Assembly (NCBI GenBank): GCA_026023565.1
Contig: JAPETS010000015.1
Coordinates: 620,001 to 683,012 of the forward strand
Reading direction: 5' to 3'
Source of the DNA: Cirrosporium novae-zelandiae
Lineage: Eukaryota
DNA: 63,012 nt
This document shows, one piece after another, positions 1 to 12,400 of the stretch (position 1 is its first letter; each line of letters opens with the position of its first letter). The notes beneath the pieces were generated by a model. That model searched no databases, was not told the origin of the DNA, and saw nothing but the letters and a program-made list of their open reading frames with translations. A program made the position numbers and the translations under genes.

Positions 1-1956
1 AAACGTATGGGTTGTAGTTTGGAATTGGCTCATTGAGAACGGTGTAGAAAAGAAAACCATGTAGAAGGAAGGGAAAATCGAAACTTACCACAGCCAACTG
101 CGTCGTTGCCCGTTTCTGGTTATACTGCACTCTTAGAAGCAAATTTCGACAGAATGATATATCATTTCCGATATCCTCCTCTATGATCTTCCGATCATGC
201 TCCATACGTTGTTTCCGAGATCCCTGAGTAGAATCCGAAATCTGGACGTTATACCTAAGGATCGTCTGGAAAAGTTGGATCAGGGCATTCACTCTCAGCT
301 CTATGATGCCGAGGGAATTGCTGCAGCTATTTAGGGATCGAGTTGTCTGGAGATCAACGGCAAATGGATCGCCCACTGGCCTCCATCGGAATGTGTGCAT
401 ACCTGTTGTCTCTTCGATGCTGTTCAGGCGGCGGTCAGCAGAGTCAGTTTTCTCGGAGCAGAGATCCAAGACAACTTCTGCAACTTTGAAGGGAAGGAGC
501 ATCGGGTGACAGGCCAGGTGTCTAGAGCCATTGAGGAGGACCCATACTTGAGCGAGGGCCATGGTTGTTTGGCCGAGGAAGATAGCCGTGTTCATGCCAC
601 TAGATACATCATGAGTTACCGCGTACGTGGCGAATCCTGTAAAATGGAGGCCGGTTTTGAATATAAATGCTGGGAGCTGTTAAGTGCTAATACCCAAGTG
701 CTCGAGTGTATATAAACTCACATAAATGGGTTGGTTTTCGGTCACTGCCATAGCTGGTTTGCTTCCCGCTGTGTGCCGTTCTTTGGTAGATAAGCTGTGA
801 ATACTTCCTGGAAATTTTGAAAATTTCCATAATGCTGCTGAAATCTGCCGAGGAAAATGGGATCGCTTCGAATTTTCTCTCGTTGTGGACTCGGTCGCTA
901 CAATTACCTATGCTACAGATTTTTGTAAATGAATAGTTCGGGACAGGGATCTAGAGGGTTCAAATCATACATCATGCGAAGACCTCCGTAAGGTAATAGT
1001 CCATCAAGTTTGCCTGGCCTCTTTGAGATATGTTTAGCTTTGGAGTTGAGACCATAGGGGCCCAATGGTGTCCGTCGGTTCCTATAAAATGGAAAAGATC
1101 ATACCTTCTTGAGCCAATTATAGATCCCATCATCCAAGACCAGTGATCTTGTCATTTTGGTCACATGCTGCGGAGAAGTATCAGCACGGTTTTCTGGGCG
1201 TTCTTTCGATCGAATAGTGGCATCTCGTACATCATAATTGTATATGTCCAATGTATCCATTCGAAAGTTCGTTTCTCCTCTAGTAGGATTCCTGGTGGAT
1301 CTAACAAATTGTATCTCAGACCCAGGCTTAATCGCCCAGTAGATATCATAGCCTGAATCACCCTTGGGTCTTTCATGACAGACAAAGATCTTGTTTTCAT
1401 TAAGCGTACGAAGGATATTCCTTTGCCAAGTGGTTCCATTTTTGTAATAGCTGAAGGTACAAGATATCCACGAGCAAATTTGCATCATGGTCTGCTGTCG
1501 GTCTGGCGCACGGAGAATCGCCATCCCTATGAGATTCGTCCAATTGTACGGTGGTTTTCCAAGCTCGTCTTCAACTGGAGGCATATCCTCTGGAGCAGGT
1601 ACTCCGTCGTGTTGCGAGGGACCCACCCATGAGTTCGGATTGATATTGCTGCTTTCTAGGATACGGTAGTCGTCGGGCAAATCGGCATCGTATGCATCAT
1701 TTTCGGAAAACGACGGCTCCTCGTCCGTTGGATTCAAGGGAGATTGCCTCCTTCGTCTCTTTAAAACCTTGTCCATACTTGGGGAAGCTGCACCATGGGA
1801 TTTTTCATCGGTAAATTGTTCAGTTGAGTCCTGGTCAGGGGATGGGTCCTCGTCAATTATACGCATAGAATTTGATATGCCTCTATGACTATCATTATCA
1901 GCAGATTCATCTGCTACGATCGTTGAACTGGCATAAGTATCGTCGAGATCAATCAT
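1..1956 (-). CDS. Chimeric gene: degenerate forkhead domain fused to a fungal CorA-like (Mg2+ transporter-like) protein; 3' end lies outside the window
   Basis: Exons 1956-1105, 1020-971, 912-722 and 669-89 join in frame through GT..AG introns (1104-1021, 970-913, 721-670; next donor GTAAGT at 88). Exon 1 carries a forkhead fold (KPPYNWTNLIGMAILRAP...WISCTFSYY...YWAIKPG, ~1557-1306). Later exons give WLKK/RPG..GGLRMI, IPFSS..F, HPMLLP, IEETTG and QKRATTQLAV, motifs I recall from the soluble part of fungal CorA-like proteins. Confidence 0.7.
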
Positions 1957-3221
1957 TGTAAAGTGATCGAGCAAAATAGTGTAGTTAAGTGGTACGGCAT
2001 ATGATTTATAATTGATACTTTAGAACAATCATGTCAAAATTAATAAAAGATGGTGATGAGGCTGAAGAATCTAATTTTAGTTACGCGGCTTATAGTTAGG
2101 ATCTTCGTTGGACGGCTTGTTGATAAATCGAGGAAGATCTATATTTCTATAATCACTGGGCATAAGGAAATAAGACAATATGTACAGTACATCTTAAAGG
2201 ATAGAATTAACTAAGGTCTCACAAGATAAGAGGCACGAAAAGATAAAAATAAACTTCTGTCCTACTGCTTTCGAAAGTAATCCCTGTAAGTAGTCTATAT
2301 GAACACACACAAAGTATCCATGACGTCGCGTAGAACATATAAAGTACGACTGTCAAATATGGAATATATTTATCTACTTTGATCAGTAGATATTAACTAA
2401 CAATGGATTAAAATCCGCTTTATCCATCATAAACATCATCACCACGTTTAAACATTAAAGCTTCGTTCTTCAAACAACCAACCCACAAGACATTTCTTCA
2501 TCATATTCTATAGGAACCATTCCCACACACCAAAACTCCACTGTGTCTTCCACTCGCACCGTTAACCACGTTTATTTGATATAGCCAAAGACAGAAGTTC
2601 CATCCCTAACGATGCTAGTCTTCATCGAATCATCCCCTTAGAGACTCGACTAGACCAAATCAATGATCCAAATGATCCTGGAATTCCCGACTTGCAATTA
2701 GTGGTTGATAATGCTACCAATGTCTCCCGAGTAAGTCTCTGTGAAGCATAGGACAAGAAGTCTGCTCCTAACTAGTCTAGCCAGAAAAAAGAAGATATGA
2801 CCGCGACTTGCGAGGTTATGACTAGCATAGGATACACACTACCGGTTTAGGTCGATGGTAAGCGTTTGCATTATGGAGCTAAGTATCCACTGAGCAAAGG
2901 TCACAATCGACGTGACAAGCATGCCAAACAGGAATGAAAGTGACATTGAGCGGCACGCTGCTGATGGTACCGGAATGGATCGAGCTCCTAGCTAAGAATG
3001 TCAAGGCATAAAAAGTTGCCGTTGAATAGGATGTCATTTTACCTCACAACGGCCATAGCCTCATAAATTGATGATAAAAATTGGCTGTTAAGTTTCAAAT
3101 TAAAATTCGTCCTGATGAGGCTCTAAAGATGAGATTTTGGCGTGGAATATGTACCAATGGTTCTAAAAGGAGATTGTAATGTTTCCACCCGATATGTTTC
3201 CTTCAGTTTAGCCAAAACACC

Positions 3222-4172
3222 TCAAAATGCTTGACCAATATACGGGTGTTGAATTTCATCAATATATTCTTGAGTCAAATGGGACATGGATATTGCACGT
3301 CCATGCGTCAAGCCTCGTGAGAAGTATGGAGGTGGGCTTTGAAATATGTTTGAACGCGATTCCGGACTACCCAGATCAGTTTCATCGGGCGACTGATCAG
3401 CATTTCTTTCTATTAACAAAGGAGCAGGTGGCGTTGTTGGCTCAATCGACCCAATTGAGTGACCAGAATAGTTACTTATACTATCACGATCAGACTGTGC
3501 CAATCTCATTCTCTTTGGGCGGTGAGGATTCTTTGGAGGTATAGCCGGTGCTGCCTTCTCTTTCGATATAGACATGAGAGGCTCTGTGGAATGAATGATC
3601 TCATCAGAAATCAAACTCTCTCGAAATGAGTCAGGGGGTATGGTTAATCCGTCCGCTTCTGGCGCGCTATACTGCAGGTTTGCTTGGTATCGAGCTTGCA
3701 TGATCGACTTTTTGACTAAACGATTGCGACGACTGCGTCGATGTTCTAGGTCGATGGTAGGGCTTTGAACTGGACTTGGCTGGGGAGAGTATTTTCCGTC
3801 AGGTCGCCAGGATGTTGTCCATTCTGGACAAGGTGATTTTCGTTCGAAGGGGTTTTCTCCTCTCTCTGCTCTATAGGCGGGGTGATCGGATATATCAGGT
3901 GCCGGGATGTCGGGGGGTACCATAAGAGCTCTTTCTTGACTGGATTGAAATCGATTTCGAGACGCTCTAAAAACACGCCAAGGAGAAGGACCGTCTTCTA
4001 TCATAGACGGATGGTTATGACGACCCCCTTGCCTTTTTGCACGAACGCAGAAAAATATCATTAGAGCAACAGCTGAAAGGATGGCAACACCGAACACAGT
4101 CGATAAGGTAATAATTAGGATCTGTATACTATCTGAGGAGCCTGATTTCGAAGTTGAGGATGAGGTAGTCAT
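3222..4172 (-). CDS. Hypothetical single-pass membrane protein with Pro/Ser-rich cytoplasmic tail
   Basis: Uninterrupted ~316-aa ORF: short Ser/Thr-rich N-terminus, hydrophobic helix (ILIITLSTVFGVAILSAVALMIFFCV), basic stop-transfer RAKR, then PxxP/PPPY-rich tail ending GQAF. First ATG is at 4172. Confidence 0.75.
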   Translation of the reverse strand: MTTSSSTSKSGSSDSIQILIITLSTVFGVAILSAVALMIFFCVRAKRQGGRHNHPSMIEDGPSPWRVFRASRNRFQSSQERALMVPPDIPAPDISDHPAYRAERGENPFERKSPCPEWTTSWRPDGKYSPQPSPVQSPTIDLEHRRSRRNRLVKKSIMQARYQANLQYSAPEADGLTIPPDSFRESLISDEIIHSTEPLMSISKEKAAPAIPPKNPHRPKRMRLAQSDRDSISNYSGHSIGSIEPTTPPAPLLIERNADQSPDETDLGSPESRSNIFQSPPPYFSRGLTHGRAISMSHLTQEYIDEIQHPYIGQAF

Positions 4173-6006
4173 GGCTGTCGCCAAGAACTAAACATTCATA
4201 GGTTGTGGGTAGCTCCAAGGAGACAAGAGGTAGAAACAATAGTCGAGATATTTGTAGACTCCCTTGAGGCGGTTTCAATCTCAAAATGCGATCCTACCCT
4301 AGCCACCGAGGAAGAAAGGCATCCATGAATTATATGAGAAGAGTGTCGTCCGATGTATAGGTGGAAGGAGCGTTTCGAGACGTGGCAGCCTCTTGCGCTG
4401 CAATGTGACCTGTAATTAGATGCTTCGAGGTAGAATGTGAACTTCTCATATCGGTTTGATAGGAAGCCAGAAAGGAATGAAAGGGATAATATATCTATCG
4501 GGGGCAGTGGGACATAAGAAAAGGGTAAAGAGAATCATTCAATCGTTAAAAAGGAAGTTCAACACAACAATAGGTTTATCGGTGAAAGTACGGAGGCTGG
4601 TGAGGGGGCAGCATAGCTAGATAAGAAAGGTTCACGGCGAAGGGCGAAAGAAAATGGCAAAAGAAAATATAGGCCCAAGTAGCCTCTATGAGTATTATTT
4701 ACGGAGGACCTCATGCTTTGTAGTAATTAGCTGAAAGGCAATGGCAAATTTGGTAACGAATAATAAAGTGGTGAGAGAGAAGTGAACGGCGACCGAAGAA
4801 TGCATGTTATTGATGCAATACCAATAGATCTGTTGTATCCGTCCTGTAAGTTGTAACTAATAAAAAATAAAGGTGGCGCTGGTGATCAAGGATGTCGGGG
4901 TTCTGCATCATGGCGTTGTCTACTGGACATTTCAATCGAATAATCTATCCAGAAAACGACAAACAAAAAGGAAGAAGGGAGTGAAGGGTGAGCACAGCCG
5001 GAGTAACCAGGCACGTGTTGGATTGGCCAGGATAGCCAGAAGGGCAGGAAGCTCGAACATGGATACTTTGATAGGAACAATTAAAAACCTGAAACTTGGA
5101 ATTTGTATTTGCGGGGGTGTTGTTACTGTTATCACCATTGGAAGAAGCCTCTTTGGCCGCCGCCACCAACCGAGTCACAGCCTCATGTGGGTGGGACTAT
5201 TTTAACGACCTTGAGTTGATTTGATCTCGACATATAGATCCTGAAGATCCTACAAGCAATACCCTACTCAAAGCATGTTTGATAAAGATTAGAACACATT
5301 CTCATCATTCATTACCCGCCTACTAAGTAACTAGACCAATGTAATGCTCGTTTGCGCATCACCTGCTTTTGTGTTCCTGCTCTATTCGGAATACACCAGG
5401 TCCGCAATAATAAACACACGCGCATATATTCTTTGCATACCATCCCCATTCCAATCCTTGCCATGTAGGCAGACCTTTCCTTTCCTGATTGAAAAAAAAT
5501 CTTTGTTCCTGAACATACTGGCAAGACTGGCATCAGAATCTGTCTCTGCTGTCCAGCAAGCCAGTACATTCATTCTCCCAGTAAACCCAACCGTTCCTGT
5601 CCATCCATCATAAATGCCCACTTCAAGAGACCAATGAAATAGGTATCAAGAAAAAAAAAAGACAAAGGGAAGTACTGTTTCAGCCCTTTTCCGTCCCATT
5701 CACCGAAACTAACGCCGAGACCCTTCGGCCTTTCCATCCGTTAGAGAAGAAGAAAAGTGAAAGAAATCCGCTAAATGTTGCCAGACGAAGGTTGGAAGAA
5801 AGTGAGGTGAGCCAGCTACCATGTAGCGCAATCGGTGGAGATCCCCAGTGAACTTCTCTCCTTGCCCGAATAGCTCACTCAGTAGAGAGTTAATGAAATT
5901 CTACGATAACAGAGGCCGTAATGGAACAAAGGGTAGGTACAGATACAGCATGTGGTTTGATTTGAAGTCATACAACTCCGTATAAGAAATCATTTCATTC
6001 CGTGCA

Positions 6007-9000
6007 TCATACAACCGTCATGACATTCATACTTGGGGCAGTTAGATCGTTCTCTCCTCCGCCCAGAGTTGCGCCGTGAGATAGATAGGCATTTGCGCTC
6101 TTACTCTTTGGAAGGCGTGGCTTGTTCAAAGGCGATTCATCAGGGGAAGGGTCGAAAATTCGGCATAAAGGAGAATCCGCAAGGGAAGGGGACGGAATAG
6201 AGGGGACTTGGGGATTCTCGGATTGACGCACGAGCTCTTTAAGTTCTCGAGTCACTGTACCGGCTCGTGCTACGAGATGTTGGAGAGAGGTTGTGTCGAA
6301 TGGCATCTTTTTATGGCCATCCTTGTGTGTAGAATCCCTAGGACTGCGCTGTTTATTAATAATTTCCAGAACAGACATTGCTTGTGCAATTGATTCTTTC
6401 CGAGGTCGATTTGGGGGTGGTGTAGTATTGTGCCCATGGATAGTTGAAACACGAGGTGAGACTTTTGATTCGGGGCTACAATGGCTTCCATGAAATGGAG
6501 AGTTGTCCGAAAGAACGGACTTTCTGCGACTCCGTATGGAGAATGTTTCCTCTTCGAAAGCATCGGAATTAAAACTCTGCGGAGAGGATGATCGTGGTGC
6601 AGGGATTAGATCTTCATCCAGTGTTGCTAAGTTCACAATGCCTTCAGCCTCTTTCCACAAAGCTGAAGAAGAGCCCGGGACAATTCCAAGCGAATTAGCC
6701 TGGACCCGGAGACGCTTCAGTTCTTCAACCAAGCGTGTTAACTCCTGGACTTGTCCAAATTGACCGTGAACACTGGCTTGTCGGTCAATTATAGATTGAG
6801 GAACTATCACCCCAAACTCTGAGTTCGTAGCGTCTGAAGTATCATTTCCTATGCTTTTTTCGCTTGACTCGTCAAATTCAAAATCGTCGTTCCAGTCCTC
6901 CGTAGCACCCCTATTTCCCAGTCCCCAAGTACCAAACTTAATGTTTGTTGGATGGGCATCACCAGAAGGAGGCTTTTGAAGTACAGGAACACTCTGACTT
7001 CGAAGATGTAGTGCATTTGGGGCGCGACGTGCAGGTGCACGGCTTCCACGGGAGTCTAGTAATTGTTTCCCATAAGAAGTCTTTGGCCGTGAAGATATAC
7101 CCTGACCATTATGCTTGTCGTTTTGTGATTCTGACCAGTCAAATATATTTGATTTCAGGTCCTTTGGTTTTTTGGAAGCCTTAGACGAGCTGTAATGAAG
7201 TTCTGTGGTAGGGCGAGAGTGTTGGTTGCTGATTTTCCGAAACATATCACGAAGATTGCGATTTCCCAGATGCGTTGCATTAGAAGTTTCGTTGTCTAGA
7301 TCCCAATCCTCGTCTTCATCGTCCTCGATCTTACTCTTGAGACCATCACGGTTTTGTTCGTGTTCTTCTAACCTGTCATCTGCAATCTCTAGACCGAGGA
7401 ACAAGTCATTGGTCTCTTCGAGTGCAAACTTTGGGGGCACGTCCCCCTCGCGATGAGACCTGTGGTGGCGAACTGTAGACGGGCTGTCTTCATTCCAGCT
7501 GCCTTTAATATTTGGGACTGGAGTAGCATTATTGTCATCGAATTCCGTTAGAACTGTCCGAGAAATATCCCTGCTCGTGGTGAATGGGTCATGGGATATC
7601 AGATCCTGTAATGCTATTAACTTTTTCTCGCCCATTTCCGAGGGCGGAGATTCGTCGAAGATTGTTTCTATTCTCGGCCCTCGAGCGCCCGAGTTGCTAC
7701 TGCTAGTAGCACGTGTAGGCAAAGAATCAAACACTGTCTCACTCCGAAAGTCAAGCTCATCATCCTCTCCCGAGGTAAAACCTCTCGTGTCATTATCAGA
7801 ACCTATTAGAGTCGATGCACGATCGGATGGTACGATAGAATTGCGTTTTATCTTGCTGGAAGAAACCTTCGGAGATGAAGATGATGGCGGGGAGGAGATG
7901 GATGAACGATCGTAAGGCCGAGTATCAGGAGACCCATCTGAAGACCTTGAAGCTACTGCAGGGAATTCGATTTCGAATGCTGACAGACGCTGCAAGGGGG
8001 GCAAGGGAGATGATGGGCGACGATGACTCGTGCTAGAAGCGGTCTCTGTTGTTAGGCGTGATAAGCTATACCTTGGATTGAGACCATCGCTTGAGGCAAT
8101 GCGGCGCGGTCGTGGAACCATCTCATCCATACTCCTACGGCCATTTTGTTCATTCGTATGGCGTGGTGATGGAGCCGATACAATCCTTTTCGTAGAAAAG
8201 AATTCAATCCGACTCCTTCTGTGGAGTTTCTCGACCCGATGAGCTTTGGCTGAGAGCGGGGAGACAGGCGACACCGTCTTCTCTTCGTCTGGTTGATTTT
8301 GGTTTAATTCATGTGATATGTCAAGTGTTGGGGGGGGTTGAGTTTGAGCGTGTTCTGTAATAGGAGAATGTTGATCAGGCGGGATAGCAGTTGATGGCCG
8401 CCTTCGTCGGTTCTCCCCATCGTCGCCCTGAGGAACGAGGTTGAACATGGAGCTGGCATCGTCTTGGGAGTCATTAGACATGATAGAAGTAGACATTAAA
8501 AGGGTAGGCGGCCCGTCCATAGTTGGTGCTATACGCCTGATAGGATAATTCCTGTGTATAGTTGTGCTTGTATATCGCCGTCGAAATGGCCCTTTTTTTA
8601 CTTTTGCAAAGAACGGGCTCCAAGAAAAGGTTGTTTTGGGTAGTGTTGGGTGTAGAGCTAGGGGGTTGTTGGGTGGGTGTTGACGTTGCCTGGAGACTGA
8701 ATCAGAGTCACAACAGGCGGCGTCTTCGCGAAAGAGTTCTTGTAAGGTGGCGCTCCGCTGATGACTTGTAGCGGGCCTTCGAAACGTCGGGACCTGAGAC
8801 CTGGGGGATGAACAGGTTGTGTCCCTACGTTGCGATGAGGATCTTTTCACGAGTTTGTTTGGAGATGAATGTTGAATATTGGTAACCGCATGAGGCATTA
8901 TCGGCGCTGTGGACCCATGTGAGAAGAATGAGATTGAGGCAGATGGAGGACGAGAATTTGAGGAAGCACTCTGATTATGAGAGGAAGAAATTGTTGACAA

Positions 9001-9485
9001 TCGTCTCAACCACGAAGATCTCCGAGTCTGGAGGTCAGGCGTTTGCGAATGACTCCTCAATGAAGAGGTCCTCGAATCTCCTTGACCTGATACAGAGCTA
9101 TCTTTCAACCCTTCAAGTGCTGAGATAGATCCTCGTTTCCGCCAGTCTTGTGTATCATTGGCCCCCCCAGATGTTGCTTGAGATCTTCGCCAGAGGATTG
9201 AGGAGGATGTATTGGCGCGCGAAATGCGATTCGGAGGTCGAACGGTACGATTGAAAGGATTTTGAATGGTGTTGACCAGGCCTTCCAAGCGATCATCGGC
9301 ATAGTCTGTTGTTTGTTCATTCAGGGTGGACAATGGGACTGTTGTTGTTGGTCTTCCGAAGGCGAGACCAACTGCTGCAACGCCGAGAGTACCAGCTGCG
9401 GAGAGCTACGGGAGAACATGGTCAGAAAGTGACGTTTACGATATAAGGTAATGGGCTTTCGGTGGGAGCTGACGCAGGGGAGCAT
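6007..9485 (-). CDS. Large Ser/Pro/Arg-rich, mostly disordered hypothetical protein (~1135 aa)
   Basis: The 3.3-kb ORF extends upstream to an acceptor (CTGAC...CCCGTAG, exon from 9405, reading LSAAGTLGVAAVGLAFGRP). A short first exon starts at ATG 9485 or 9509. C-terminal ordered blocks: FGTWGLG, EDWNDDFEF, RQASVHGQFGQVQELTRLVEELKRLR, LWKEAEGIVNLA. Confidence 0.85.
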
Positions 9486-12400
9486 TCGAGGGGCTTTGTT
9501 TACGGGCATTCACACAGCAGCGGATGACTATTTAAACGACAGAAAAAACCAAGGAGACTTTTTACTTACTGTTGAGACAGTGTCCATGCTCCAAAAGACC
9601 GGTATTTCAGGGCCGAGAGATACACATCTCAGCGGAATCAAGTACAACCATCAACTTTTTCTATCGTGGTGTCGAGCGTGAGTTCATAACATTATGAGCC
9701 GGGTGGGCGTTGTTTAATTGGATCATACAGTGAGAGGATGCACGAAACGAGTGACAGGAAAAAAGACCGGAGTTCCTCTCAAAACAAGCCAGGCGGAGAT
9801 AAAAGGCAGCATAAGAGCTTCTGGGGGGGAAGGAAGAATAATACAATAGGGTTAGGGGAGGATAAGGAAACAACAACACCCTTTTTTATTTTTTTTATTT
9901 TTATTTTTTTTGGCCCAGTGGTTTCTCAAATCTCGTATCTTTATGCAGAAAGGAAGGTTAAAGATGAGAAAGTGAGATATGGGTTTGGGGTTTGGGTTGG
10001 GTTGAGTTTGGGGGGGGGGGGGGGTGTGTGGTAAAGTCGTGGTAAGTTTAATGGGGAATTAATGGGACAACAGACGGTTGTGGATAAAGTTGAAGCGACG
10101 CCCAGAAAATCCAATTCCCAAAGAGCAGCGCGACTTTACGCCGCTAGTATCTTTGACAGGGACCCCCAAGTTCTACAGCCGAGTTTGATGATTTGATCTA
10201 AACAAACGACCTAGATAGGTACCTCACTAACTAACTAAAAAACTAATAAATCAACAACAATATATACCTTTGGTCCTTGAAATCATGGCTTAGCTATCCG
10301 TACAAAAAATAGGGTCCACCATTATCATCATCTTCGCACTCTTCCTCTTTTAAACAAACAATCTCTCATCGAGGTGGATTCCAACAAGATTGCTATCATC
10401 AATCACCCAAGTCTTCCCACACTCTCTTCCGTCATGGCAATAAATGCGTGCCAGTCTTTTATGTCTGTGCAACTACCAATAGGTGACCACCTGCAGTTTT
10501 TTCAGCATTTACCCTTCTTTTTTTTTCACGCATATCGTCAGGCCTCCTCCTAGATGTGCTGGATCGGATAGCCTATGAAATAACTCCCATTATCCATGGG
10601 TTCTACTAAGCTGTGCAACTGCTCTGCTGTTGGATGACATGGTTATCAGGATATCAATCCAACAAGCAAATTGAATCATAAATGGAAATATCATCCGCCA
10701 CTGTTCTTTTAATCTGCCGTCTTCTATGACGTTGGCTATCCCTAGATGCTTCAAGAGGGTAATAGCAAATTTCTATAGTCTTACTCTTGTCAAAAATACC
10801 AGTATCAAGATAATCATTAGACAAGTATCAGCGTCGCTGTCTTTACTGATACCAAATATATTCTGGAACGAGGCACAAGGGAAGAGTTTGCTGTGGTACT
10901 TGATCCATATTCCAGAGAAATTCCGTACACGGTATTTGCGTGCTTACCGGGAACATGCTTGAGTGCAGCAAGGCTTCAAACTTGGGCGCAAGTTCGATGC
11001 TTCAACCTGCGTCGCCGACTCGGACACAAAAAAGCCTTTTCGGCTGCCTTCTCAACAAGAGAGAGGGAGAGACAGACATACAGATACATACAGATAGGCA
11101 GAGAACGTCAGAAACTTACAACTCCTTACGTTTTCCCTTTTTGCCCTTGCATTGACATGTCAAATCAAGCCATATAGTTGGCAGATGAAGTTTGAGGGTC
11201 TAGCTGCAAGTTGCAAATCTTCCTGCGTCCTCGCTTATCCAGCAGTGCAAGCCCCCAAAAACTGGCCGGAGGACACTTCCCATTCTACACGGCATGATTC
11301 CATGAGAGTAAGACGGATGGCGGAGGGCTCGACCATCACTCTAAAGTAGGAAACTCCTTGCATGTCAGATGTACACAGCTTGGTATCCCTGGATGATGTT
11401 TGGTAGCTTAAACCTTCCAGAAAAGTAGGAAGCCGAGATTTGTTAGAGATGAATATGTTGTGTTCAATCACCAAGTCCCCGGATAGCGTTGGTTACAATT
11501 CCATGCTATTCAAGTTAACAATGACTACAATGAGCAGGCATTTGTACTGCTGATATGCTAATTCATACGGAAATATGCAAAGGCCTCCATTGTCCAAGTT
11601 AAGGGAGAAACATCAAGCCACAGTTTTTGGTACTTGGGTAGTGGGTAGAGGGACAATGAAGGCCGTGAAACCAATTGGCTATAGGGCTAATCGCCGTCGA
11701 TTACGTCTTGGTTCTCTGGGTTTTCCCAATTGACGCATTGGAATTCGCTAATTGTTGTTGAACGGATTTTTTTTTAAAAAACAAAAGGTTAGTCAAATAC
11801 GACAACAAAAAAGAGTTTACCATTTTGGCGAAAGATATGTTTCGTAGTGAACCATTTATACCATGATTAGCAATGGTTTGGATCAGGATTTCAAAGTAAA
11901 ATTGGAAAGAAGTTTGGTTAGAAAGAAGGACTCGAAGAAGTGTAATTGGTCATGAGTCCATGACACACAGAAAACGGGCAACTCAATCTGTAGTTTGAGT
12001 GAACTAGACCTGCTAGGCTATACGGGGCTCCCCTCCCACTCAACCCCTCATCTCTCTTGCAGCTTCTCATGATTGATTTCACGACTCTTGGCCTCTTAGA
12101 TTCACAGACCCTCAGACTCTTGGACCTGTTGAGGTCTGAGATTGTTTCTGAAAGGCCCAAGGCGCTTCGGATAGTTTAGGTGGTGCTTGGGTTAGTTGAG
12201 AAAAACACTCGGAAGGGCCGAAGAGCCATGTTCGCGATTAGACTGATCTTTCAATGTCACTAATCCTTTCACAGTTTTACGTCTAAGAAGTGTTAGCTTT
12301 TTACTTTCTACCTTCTACTTTCTAGATTTTCTGGGAACTTTCTTAGCATGCAGGGGCCAGGGTGAGAATTGATTAAAAAGTTGCATGTTAGTTGATTCAG

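Noticed and set aside
3110..3200. CTGATGAG, a hammerhead ribozyme-like core
   Set aside because: No stem II followed by GAAA, and no pairing arms found.
12343..12360. Reverse-strand TGGCCCCTGC resembling part of U6 snRNA
   Set aside because: Only ~10 nt match; the ACAGAGA box and flanking U6 sequence are absent.
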